Shown here piece after piece: positions 24,806 to 35,137 of a stretch of DNA of 64,000 nt; positions within the stretch are counted from its first letter, which is position 1, and the number at the start of each line of letters is the position of its first letter. The position numbers were made by a program, and so were the translations under genes. Below the pieces are notes generated by a model that saw nothing but the letters and a program-made list of their open reading frames with translations, ran no database searches and was not told the DNA's origin. This DNA is from Selaginella moellendorffii (Eukaryota > Plantae > Lycopodiophyta): positions 1,570,446 to 1,634,445 of the forward strand of contig NW_003314265.1 of the NCBI RefSeq assembly GCF_000143415.4. The letters run 5' to 3'.

Positions 24806-25298
24806 GTTTATGCCAAATAGCTTAACATGATTTATCTTATCAAAACATTGTTAGTTTGCATTATTATAATTAAAATATAACATTTTTAACACAACAAAAA
24901 GGTAAGATGCTATGCAATGAATCAGTGAGCATGGTTAGGCTATAAAACTTAGCTAGCACTGAGGAGATTATGCACCATTGTCCATTGGAAGGCTGAGTGA
25001 TGTGGAACCATCTGCAGACTTTTCTATCGTATGCTTTACTATCCATCACTTTTGCAAATCAAAGTATAATTATACTGAATATATCCAATATCCTGGATTA
25101 CATTTCTGTGCTTTTGGCTAGATGTAAGCCTCACAATGATCCACTATACTTGTGCACTGAACAAGGCGCTGTTTTCAATCCGACACCTGTCCCACACTAA
25201 AAGATAAAAAAGAAGAATTTACAAAGTTGACAAAAGCCCAGGAAGTAGAGCTCGCATATTAGCTTCTAGAGCGCAAAGCGGAAAGGGGTAAAGTGGTA

Positions 25299-26380
25299 AT
25301 GGAAGGCGCCGCCCTAGTCGCTAGCTCGATTCCCAGCAACAGCATGAGAAAGAGGAGGAAGAAGAAGCAGCGGGAAGGGATTGAGCAAGAAGAAGAAGAT
25401 CGGGGAGATCCGAAGGTAGATGATGATCCCGAAGAGGAGGAGGAGGAGGAGGAGGAACAAGAGGAACTCGTGAGCAGTGACTTGCTCCAGTGGAGCATCA
25501 TGTCGCGGCTGGATGCACAGAGCTTGGCACGATGCCGCCTTGTTTGCCGATCGTGGCGAGGCCTCGCATCCTCGGACGTGCTATGGCGTCCCCTGCTCGC
25601 CCAGCTCCTGGGCCTCAGGGCCCAGATCCCCCTCCAGATGCTCGCCCTCCATCGCCCAATTGCTGCCCGCGCGGCCTACAGTCTCCTCATGGACGATTCC
25701 CGCAAGGTTTGTGTGGAAGAGGTTTCCAGAACAGTCTAGAGTCTACTACTGGGCCTTGTTCGCTTCTACTATCATATCATCTTAAGCTTTCTTCTAACAA
25801 ATTTCTTCTTTCCAGTACCGGCTGGTTTCCAGCGATATGTGCAGCCGTACATGGGAGCTTCGCGTTAAACCCGTAAGGCAAATTATATAGAAAATAGAGG
25901 TTGATTAAAAGTTCGCCATGGCTCTCTAGGTCTGTGGACAATATTGGTATTCGTTAGATCCCTCGACACATGGCAAGCCGGCATTGGCCCGCTTCTTCCA
26001 CTGCGACGGGAGCATCACTGCCGCGGACAATGACCCAATTTGGGGTGGCCAGGAGTCGGCTTGGTAAGTTCTCTTCTTTTAGGAAAAGGGAAATTAGGGT
26101 TCTTAGTTGGCTTTGTCTATCCAGGAGGTTTGTGTGTGTGGACGCAAAGCAGTACATTAAGATCAACTATTGGCCAGAGTTTACGATATTCCGGCTCCAG
26201 GATGGGCGGTGGAGATTGGAGAACAAGTGGGCCACGTACACCACCGCGCCGGATCTGTATCTCGGTACGGGCATGGCCATTTGCAAGGAGAAGGCGCCAC
26301 CCTGTACGGGCTGCGCGTATCCCCGGCTCATGAACGCGGTGACCGCGTTGGTGTCAACCAGCTTCAAACTGGTTTACTGA
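25299..26380 (+). CDS. F-box protein (4 exons)
   Basis: F-box DLLQWSIMSRLDAQSLARCRLVCRSWRGLASSDVLW; downstream exons splice in frame (DMCSRTWEL, YWYSLDP, RFFHCDGS, DPIWGG, YIKINYWP). Confidence 0.85.
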
Positions 26381-26467
26381 TATATATATATATATGTGTG
26401 TAAATAATCATCTAATTTAAAAATATAAAATGAAATGAAATACATGATTTTAATTAAGTTAAATATG

Positions 26468-26540
26468 TGGAGTTGAGGGGCATCGATCCCCTTACCTATC
26501 GCATGCAAAGCGATCGCTCTACCATCTGAGCTACAACCCC
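26468..26540 (-). tRNA. tRNA-Ala(UGC)
   Basis: GGGGTTGTAGCTCAGATGGTAGAGCGATCGCTTTGCATGCGATAGGTAAGGGGATCGATGCCCCTCAACTCCA: 73 nt, complete cloverleaf, anticodon TGC, G3:U70. Confidence 0.95.
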
Positions 26541-27898
26541 TGATTTTTCTCTATTTTGTCAATACCAGCTATAGATTATTATATTACTGGAAATTCGTAA
26601 AATTATAAATTATAAATTTATGAGATATATCTCCTCTTTTATTTTTCCAGATTCAAAAGATTTAAAGGACAGCTAATGCTCCTGATTTGGATATGAATAG
26701 GGGATATCAAAAGGTGAATGGATTCTAAACAAAAGTATAATTGCCATACAAAAGCCTTGCTTTTGTAATCATGTTGACAAATCTTTGGTAGAAAAGACCA
26801 CGAGGGGAGTTTGATTGGTGCACAGAATGCGGCGTGGAATGTTGTCACCAAGCACGCTCCGGAATACAGGGAAAAATCGCCGCCCGCCTGGTATGCATTT
26901 GCGTTGAAAGGCCTCTCTCTTGGAATTGGACCGAAATCGGACTGGCAAGTTAAAAGTAGGGTTTTCTCTTGTCTCCTGAATGATGCTACAGCTATAATGT
27001 CAAAGTCTGAGTTTAGCTTCCTACAGCCCAGCAATTTGACTTGGTTGGACATAAATTCCAGGTGGAAGTCAAGTGGAAGTATTGAAAATTCTTGGAGCTC
27101 GAATCGAGAAGGGAAAAAGCATCGCGCTTGTGCTCAACTCCTTGGCTGCCACGCTCTAATAACTCCAAGCGGGAACATTTCCTTTAGTGGCCATGTTTTT
27201 CTTGTATCATTCCTTTGCGACTGGGCCGGGTTGGCCACCTAGAAAAACAGATGGAAAAATGGAAAAGAACGTCGACAATGCAGCAAGAGGGCGACGCATT
27301 CCACCTCACAAGCGCCGAGCGAATCACAAAAACGCGCGTGACGTCACGGGGCATCACCGACGGCCACGATTCGGTCGTCTTTTCGCTCCTTTCCGCGTTC
27401 TTTGAAAAACTCTCCTTGGAAGCGCCTTGTGAGAGAACCTGTAAGAGCGAGTGAGAGATGTGAAGAAGAAAGGCACGCGGCATGCGCTAGGAAAGCAAAG
27501 AGACAAGCAAGGCGGGAGGGACTAATAGCATAACAAAGATGTGCCATCTTACATCTTATCAGATTGGAAAGAATAAAAAAGAAAGAAAAAAACACGAGAG
27601 AAAAGTAGAAAAAATCAAAGAATCGGGCACGTACCACAACGAACCTTCTCAAGTCCACGCTTTCTCACACGACCCGCTCCTCACCAAACCAATCGCGCTG
27701 CTATCTTTTGCGGCCCCTCACAGTGAGGTTTGCGTTCCAACAAATCAATCCAAGGCGGCAATCCAAGGCTGCGCAAACCAAACAAGTCAGTACTTGTGAT
27801 TGATTGATAGAGAGGTAGCCTTAAATCACCTGGGTGGACAAAGAGCGGCGCTGGTGTTTGCGGCAGGAGCGAGCGAGCGAGCGAGCGATGCAACTCTG

Positions 27899-30800
27899 AT
27901 GGGTCTTCTCCGGACGAGCAGGGAGCGCTGCAACTCGGTACTGATTTGCTCCTTGGTCTCCCTCCTCCTCGTAGCTACTAGATTCGTCGCAGCTCAGACC
28001 AGCGACGATGGCTCCGTGCTTCTGGAGCTCCGCAGCAATCTCACGGATCCATTGGGGAGCTTGAGAGGCTGGACTCGATCGACGAGCTACTGCTCATGGC
28101 AGGGGATTCGCTGTCGAAACGGCACCGGCACGGTGACAGGGATCTCTCTGTCAGGGAGATCGTTGCAAGGTGTGATATCTCCGGCGATCGGGAGGCTCCT
28201 GGGCCTCCAGGCTCTCGACTTGTCCAGGAACAGCATCTCCGGTTTCATCCCCAGCGAGGTCACCAGCTGCACACAACTCACGGATATCAATCTCAGCCAA
28301 AACTCGTTGACTGGAACCATACCTCAGCGCCTCGACTTGCTGCCGAACTTGACCAGCCTCCGGCTCTTCATGAACAGGCTGCAAGGCTCCATCCCGGCCT
28401 CGATCGGTTCTCTCCGTCTCCTGACCAGGCTGAGAGTCGATGACAACGAGCTGGATGGTTTCATCCCCAGCGAGATCGGGAACTGCTCGTCGCTCACGTT
28501 CTTCCAAGTTTATAACAACCGTCTTCGAGGTGGCGTCCCGGCTACGATCGGCAGGCTCCAGCGGCTCACGCACTTGGCGCTGTACAACAACAGTCTGTCC
28601 GGGCCGCTTCCAAGGGAGCTCGGAGGCTGCATTGCGCTCAAGAGGCTGACCATCAACCGCAACTTGTTCCAGGGGCAGATTCCAAGCGAGCTTGGCCGGC
28701 TCGTCAACTTGAACGAGTTCCAGGCGTCGAGTTGCAACTTCACCGGGAGCCTTCCGGTGGAGCTTGGCAGCCTCTTCAGCCTGTCCAGCCTCGACGTCTC
28801 GCGTAACAGGTTGTCGGGAGAATTGCCGCTGGGCCTGGGAAGCACCTGGAGGCAAATGCTGTCACTCAACTTGAGCTCCAACAACATAACAGGAAGCGTA
28901 CCGGATTCGTTTGGGGCGATGGTGACGCTGGACGCGCTGGATTTGTCTCTCAACAGTTTCACAGGTGAGCTGCCGCTGCGGATCGGTCTCCTTTCCAACT
29001 TGTCCGTGTTGAGTCTCTCGGGGAACCAGTTTCAAGGGCCTTTGCCACCTGCGCTGGGAATGACAAGCGATCTACGTGTGTTAAATGCTTCCAATAACAG
29101 GTTCTCCGGAGGCTTACCTCCGAGGCTGTGTAGCAGCGGGAATCTATCGCTGCTCGATCTTTCGAATAACAGGATCGAAGGAACACTGCTCACAGTCGAG
29201 AACTGCTCGTCGCTGCAAACGTTGGTCGTCTCCAACAACTTCATCTCCGGCAGCTTTCCACAGTTCCAGTCACTTCGGTTGGAGGTCCTCGATCTTTCCA
29301 TGAACCAGATGGGAGGCCAGTTATCGCTGAGCAACGAGCTGGAACATCTCAAGTCCCTTCTTCTCGGAAGTAATCGCTTCTCGGGGCCGATGCCGAACGA
29401 CTTCTATCGGCTACCTGTTCTAGAGGCTTTGAACGTGTCCAGGAACCTATTCCAAGGAAGCCTTCCAACTCTGCTCAGCTTGACGGGACTCCACACGCTC
29501 GACTTGAGCCACAACAACATCAGTGACACCATTCCCGATTATTTCAGCACGTTTACGTCGTTGACAGTGTTGGATATCTCCAGCAACAGCTTTTCTGGAC
29601 CGATTCCTTCATCCCTCGGAGAACTGAGAAGTCTTGATCAGTTCAACTTCTCGAACAATCAACTCAGTGGCGAGATACCTCAGATAACGCTCTTCACTGG
29701 CGCTTCTCCAAGTGTCTTCATGAACAACTTGAACTTGTGTGGGCCTCCTCTGGCAAGTTGCGGCAGCCAACCTCCTGCTGGTACTTCTCCTGCCACACCT
29801 CGATCCCGAAGAAGAAGGTCCGCTGGAAGGACAGTAGGCCTTGTCTTTCTCGTCCTTGGAGGAGTCTTCCTTGCGGCTACGGCAATCTTTTTGTTGTGCG
29901 CCTATAGAGCTCTGAAACGAAAGAAGTCCACCGTCATGCAGGAGAACAAGTTCGCAGACAGAGTTCCTACGCTCTATACAGAGATTGAAAAGGCAACAGA
30001 GGGGTTCAGTGATGGTAATGTTATTGGCACGGGGCCATATGGATCAGTGTTCAGAGGCATATTTGCATGGGAGAAGATCCTAGCGGTGAAAGTAGGACGT
30101 ACCGAGCAAGATGCCGACGACACCAAGAACACGTACTACTACACTTCCGCCGCCAGGAAGCTCAACCGCATCCGCCATCCAAACGTTGTGAAGCTGGAGG
30201 ACTTCCTCGTCTACAAAGGCGCAAAAATCTTCCTCTACGAGTACATGCCCAACAAGAGCCTTGCCGAGGCACTCCACAGGCCTTCGGGACCCAAGCTTCA
30301 CTGGAACACCCGGTACAAAATTGCCGTGGGGGCTGCTCAAGGCCTGTCATATTTGCACCATCAGTACTCAATCGTGCACTGCGACATCAAGTCCAACAAC
30401 GTACTTCTAGACTCGGCGTTTGGCGCTCGCATTGCGGATGTCGGACTAGCCAAGCTCATCGGGGATTCGAGAAACTTGTCCTGCTTGAACAGATCCTTCG
30501 GCTACACAGCACCTGGTACGCACTAGTTAGTTAAAAGAGCTTCATCAACTTTTCAAGTTCTCACCTTGAAATGCCTTTCTATGTCTTGCAGAAGCAGCGA
30601 AGGTGAGCCAGAAAGCAGACGTTTACAGCTTTGGAGTAGTCCTGCTAGAGCTCTTGACTGGGAAACGTCCGATGATGGAGGATGGTACGAGCCTTGTCTC
30701 GTGGGTCAGGAACAGCATTGCAGACGACCAGCCTTTGAGTGACATCGTAGATCCCATCCTGAGGAACGTCAACGGGCCTTTCCAGGAAGAAATCAGCAGC

Positions 30801-30983
30801 GTCTTCAAGATAGCTCTGATTAGCACGGATCCGTCCCCAGCAAGACGGCCCTCGATGAAAGACATCGTCGAAGTCTTGTCTCGCATCAGACGAGAGCCTG
30901 GAGCTGCCAAGTTGAGGAGCCTTCGGTCTTTTATTCATAGCCGTTCATTTGTTTTGCTGAGTACGCGAGATGATGATCAATGA
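27899..30983 (+). CDS. LRR receptor-like kinase (about 20 or more LRRs, non-RD kinase), 2 exons
   Basis: Signal peptide, CSWQGIRC cap, plant LxLxxNxLxGxIP repeats, NLNLCG cap, transmembrane helix and kinase with HCDIKSNN; intron about 30516-30591. Confidence 0.95.
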
Positions 30984-31218
30984 GTTTTGGCCTTGATGTA
31001 CAGAGCAGGCCCATTCTTCACACACAAACAAGAGAACTCTTCTTTTCTGTAATTATAAAGTTGCAAACGTTTTAAAAACTTTTGCAACCGACATAAAATC
31101 GAGCTAAAGCATACCGGGAGATGATGGTTCACAGATAGAATTCCTAGAAGATATCTTTCAACTGTAAAACAAAATACAATGAGGTTTTGGAACTTTTGTC
31201 AGCAGAACTTACGTTGTT

Positions 31219-31965
31219 CTAGAAAGGAAGAAGGATGTTCATAAACCTCCTCTTTGCAAATGCTAGCCACCATTTATTGGGACTTCCATTGGGTCGATAC
31301 ACACGGCCCATAAGCCTGCCGCTAGTTTCCTCTCTGAGCTGCTTTAAGTAGTTTCTAAACAAATCTAGAGCACCACAAAGAATGTTAGAGACAGCACCAA
31401 AAAAAAAAAAAAAAACGAATAAAGAGAGGAGAAAAAGAAGCAAAGACTTTACCAGCTTCTTGCGGTGATCCAGGAGTAGTGAAGAGTCCTCCCAGAGGAA
31501 AATCCGGCTCTCCGGGAATGGGGAACTTCTCCAACCCGAGATTGATAATCACCTTGATCCCCTCGGCCTCCGACTTACACGTCTCGATCCGCTTGAGCGC
31601 CATGTTGATGTACATGGTGAGATAGATGAGGAGCTTGTCCGCGGAGCTCTTCACCTCAAACTTGCGGAAGAGCACGTTTGCGCGGAAGAAATTGATGGCC
31701 TCGTCGATGATATCGAATTGGCCTTGAGAAGATCACAGCAGTGAGCATTCTTTCTCGGGGATTTGGGAGAGAATGTAGCTCATCACTCACCAGGATCAGC
31801 GAGAGGCGCGGGGCCCTTGATTGGAGTCCGGAGTGGCAGAAGGGGGCACCCGCAAGCCTGGCCGGCGCCGCTCTCATCTTTGAAAGACGAATGGTAGACC
31901 TGCGCAAACGAGAATCGCAAGCTCGTGACGGATTGATCGATCGATCGCGCAAGAACACTCACCAT
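31219..31965 (-). CDS. ARPC3: ARP2/3 complex subunit 3
   Basis: MVYHSSF...CGCPLLPLRT.IKGPAP, DIIDEAINFFRANV, ADKLLIYLT, PNKWWLAFAKRRFMN. Confidence 0.96.
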
Positions 31966-32052
31966 TAGCGACGCCTCTGATAAACCCTAAAATGTATCTT
32001 AGGATCCTCTTTATTTCGTTCTAGCGGGTATATGTACACGAAAAATGGATCA

Positions 32053-33394
32053 TCACAAAGATTCGAAGGCATTCGTTGTTTTGCCAAGGCTGTTTCGCTG
32101 AGACGAATGGGCAAAACCCCAGAGCTGCATTTACAGATCAAGCAACGATCTTCTTCACGAAATAGAATCGAAGAAAAATTCTACCTCGACATCTTTTAGA
32201 TCGAAGTCCTCAGCATGCGCCAGGCACTCGCTCCCGAAAGTTTCGCAGGCACCGCTTGATCCAGTTAATCTGATGAAAGAACAATCGAGTTTAGCTCCAG
32301 CGAGGAGAAAGAGAAAATCCGCAAAACTTACAGATCGCTATCCAGGTACAAAGCAAAATGCCCGCCTCCTCCGATCGCCAATGCGTCGTTTGTGCACAAG
32401 AAGTAGTATCTGTTCCTTCCTGCGCGATCGAGATCCCAGAGTTGAAAACAAAGATGCGTAGCTCTTCGTGAAAGATTGAGTACCTGTTGGCCGGAATACT
32501 TTGGCCGGGCCAGAGACGTTTGTGAAAACGAAGGTCTGATTGGTGCCTTGATACTTATTCCTGGTCGGCTTGAACGGAGCGAGTAGCAATCCGCCAAAAA
32601 CTGCGCCCTTTCGATCTCCAGCCACCTACGAAAGCCCAGAACTATAGAACACAGTTCGAGGAGATGAAAGTGTGCTTACCAGCAAACAAGGTCCTGGAAG
32701 CAGGACGCTTTTCCTATAGAGTGTATGCAGCGAGATGCCATCCCGTGCTGTGCTGTTTCCGAAACCACGAAGAACACATCGTGAGCTCATGCTTGCAGCG
32801 ATGGAGTGGAGTGAAGAAGTGCCACCTTACCTGTAGAGCAGCACCCAGGTGCGGCCTTGGACGATCGTCGGGAGCGAAGGATACAAAACGCTGCGAAACT
32901 TGTCAGAGAGGAGCGACGATTCTTCCGAAGCTGGCGGGAGCTTGGCAATGGCTTCCTGGCTCTCGAAGTGGCTGGTCAAGTAGTCCTCCATTATGGAATG
33001 CTCTAACTCATTGCCAGAAACCACAAACCAGTCGGCGTCGGGGTCGCCCGAGAAGCCCTCCTCCCACGAAGAGGACGCTCTTGACTCATCCGCTCCGCCG
33101 CTGGCGGATTGCGGGGAGGACAGGAAGGAGTAGAGGAATGCCGATAGAGAGGAGGTGTCGGGGCCGCGGAATTCGCCATCGCCGGAGGATCGGAGGTCGT
33201 CCTGGCCGAGATTACACGACGAGGATGTGAAACCCGAGAAATCGAGCGCGGAGTACCTGAGGAGGAGGAGGAGAGGGGGATTCTTGCTGTTGCTGCCGCG
33301 GCAGGGATCGCGATCGATGGAGCTGGTTGATGATCGGCTGGGAGGAGTCGAGGATGAGGCGCCCTACCTTGGAGCCTACATCCGTCCACCCCAT
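32053..33394 (-). CDS. TLDc-domain (OXR-like) protein
   Basis: GPDTSSLSAFLYS, LPTIVQGRTWVLLY, GDRKGAVFGGLL, YQGTNQTFVF, LAIGGGGHFALYLDSDL, VELWGF. Confidence 0.9.
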
Positions 33395-33462
33395 AGCTCA
33401 TGCTCGTGGAGTACAAAACCCTAACCCTATTAATGCGCTCTACTTTCTCTCGCAAACTCGCA

Positions 33463-34794
33463 ATGGCGTCGAGGAGGGCCCTGTGCAAAGCGATCGCGGC
33501 CAGGCGATTGCTCGGGAGCTCCACGCGCATTGGAGCTCACGGCCTCTGGTACGTCGGCGCCCAGGGAAGCGATGGATTTCTGCTCGACAAGCCGCGGAAT
33601 TTCGACGATTGGACGATGTTTCCGCGCGTCTTGAGCATTTTTGGCCCGCGATTCGTTTCCACTTCCTGGCAGCAGCGTCCATCGGAGGAAGAACAAGAAA
33701 AAGCTTCGTCCAAATTGGAGGCCGGAGAAGAAGGCTGGGCAGCGAAGGATTTTTTCACTTGGCCAAACACCATTTCTCTCGGACGACTTGCTCTTGGGCC
33801 GGTGCTCGCCTGGTATGTTTTGCTACTTTAGATCTTCCCAGCTCTTCTTGGCGATTGATTCGTTTGTAGTGGCGTCCAGGGCGATCGTGGAGGGATATAC
33901 AGGAACAGCATTTTGGGGAATGCTAGTGGGAGGATTCAGTGACTGGGTATGAGTCTTTTTTTTTCTCTTCTTGTTTGTCGATTGAGTTGGTTCCATTGTT
34001 TGATACGAGGTCTTACAGCTTCTTACAGCTCGATGGCTACATTGCAAGAAGAACAAAGGAAAAGTCGGCTCTCGGCTCCTATCTTGATCCCCTTGCTGAC
34101 AAGGTGCATTTGTTTGATGGTTGAAAGTGATAACACGCACTCTGGTTCGTCCATTTGCAGGTTCTCATAGGATCCGTAGCATTGTCGATGACGTATACGG
34201 GGCTTCTATCTCGTAAGTTTCCTTGTCGTGAAGGAAGAAATCGGGCTTTCTAAGCTTCTCTATATTTTTCAGCTCCAATGGTGGTGCTGATAGTGGCCAG
34301 AGATGTGGTTCTTGTGACGGGCGCCTTCTACCTTCGTGCTCGCTCGCTAAAGTGGAAGGTACGTGTAGAAAGAATTCTAGCTCCCTTAACAGGCTTGCAT
34401 TGTGCGTTCTCCTCAGTGGTCTGGTTGGAGAGAGTTTGTCAAGGGCGCTCCTAAGGTGCAACCGATCTTCATCAGCAAGGTGAAAAGAAACAAGCTCTAG
34501 CTCGCTATATATTATGTCTAAAGCTTTTCTATCACACAGGTGAACACGGCTCTCCAGCTCCTCCTCATCTTTGCGGCACTTCTCGAGCCAAACTTCTCCC
34601 ACCAAGGCATCAACATGGACTTGGTACAATTCTTCTTGAGGTATCTCCTATTCCCGTTTCGGGTCAAGACTCACTCGTCGGCGCTGTGTGCGTGATGTAG
34701 CTGTTCTGTGGCGGCCACAACTCTCGGTTCCTGGGCTTGCTACGGTGTGCTCTTCTACCGAGACACGAAGGGGAGGCTCTCTGCAAGGCAGTGA
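33463..34794 (+). CDS. CLS: Cardiolipin synthase (CDP-alcohol phosphatidyltransferase); alternative in-frame ATG at 33433
   Basis: Mitochondrial-type N-terminus, FTWPNTISLGRL, SDW|LDGYIARR..SALGSYLDPLADK, PIFISK|VNTALQL. Confidence 0.88.
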
Positions 34795-35137
34795 CTGAGA
34801 AGTTTCCCTTGAGTCAGCTCACAAATTTTTCCTGGGAGACGCTAACGCTCGTAAGTCCACCACCTCGTTTCAACTAGCGGGAGAGGTGGACCGTCGGGGC
34901 TGAGACGCATCAGCTTCGTCCAGAAAGCGCTCTGGAACACCCCGCTAGGATCCGGCGGGCGGAGGCAATCCTCGACTGAATGAGACGCTGAGGATATATT
35001 ACTCGGTGAGATATCTCATTATACAATGTCAAGTTTGCGTAAAAGCAACTTTGTGCTTGCGAGTTGAGAGCACTTCGTATCTCGCAAGATCATATTGTGT
35101 TCTTGTCCTCAAGGTCGAAAGATCTTCTTTTTTCTAG

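Noticed and set aside
15302-30983. CLE gene and LRR-RLK as a linked TDIF-TDR/PXY ligand-receptor pair
   Set aside because: They are 12 kb apart with several genes between, and the kinase is non-RD with no PXY-like features I can recognise.
34791-34822. TPP riboswitch-like CUGAGA...CCCUUGA
   Set aside because: The downstream P4/P5 core is absent and the host is not a thiamine gene.
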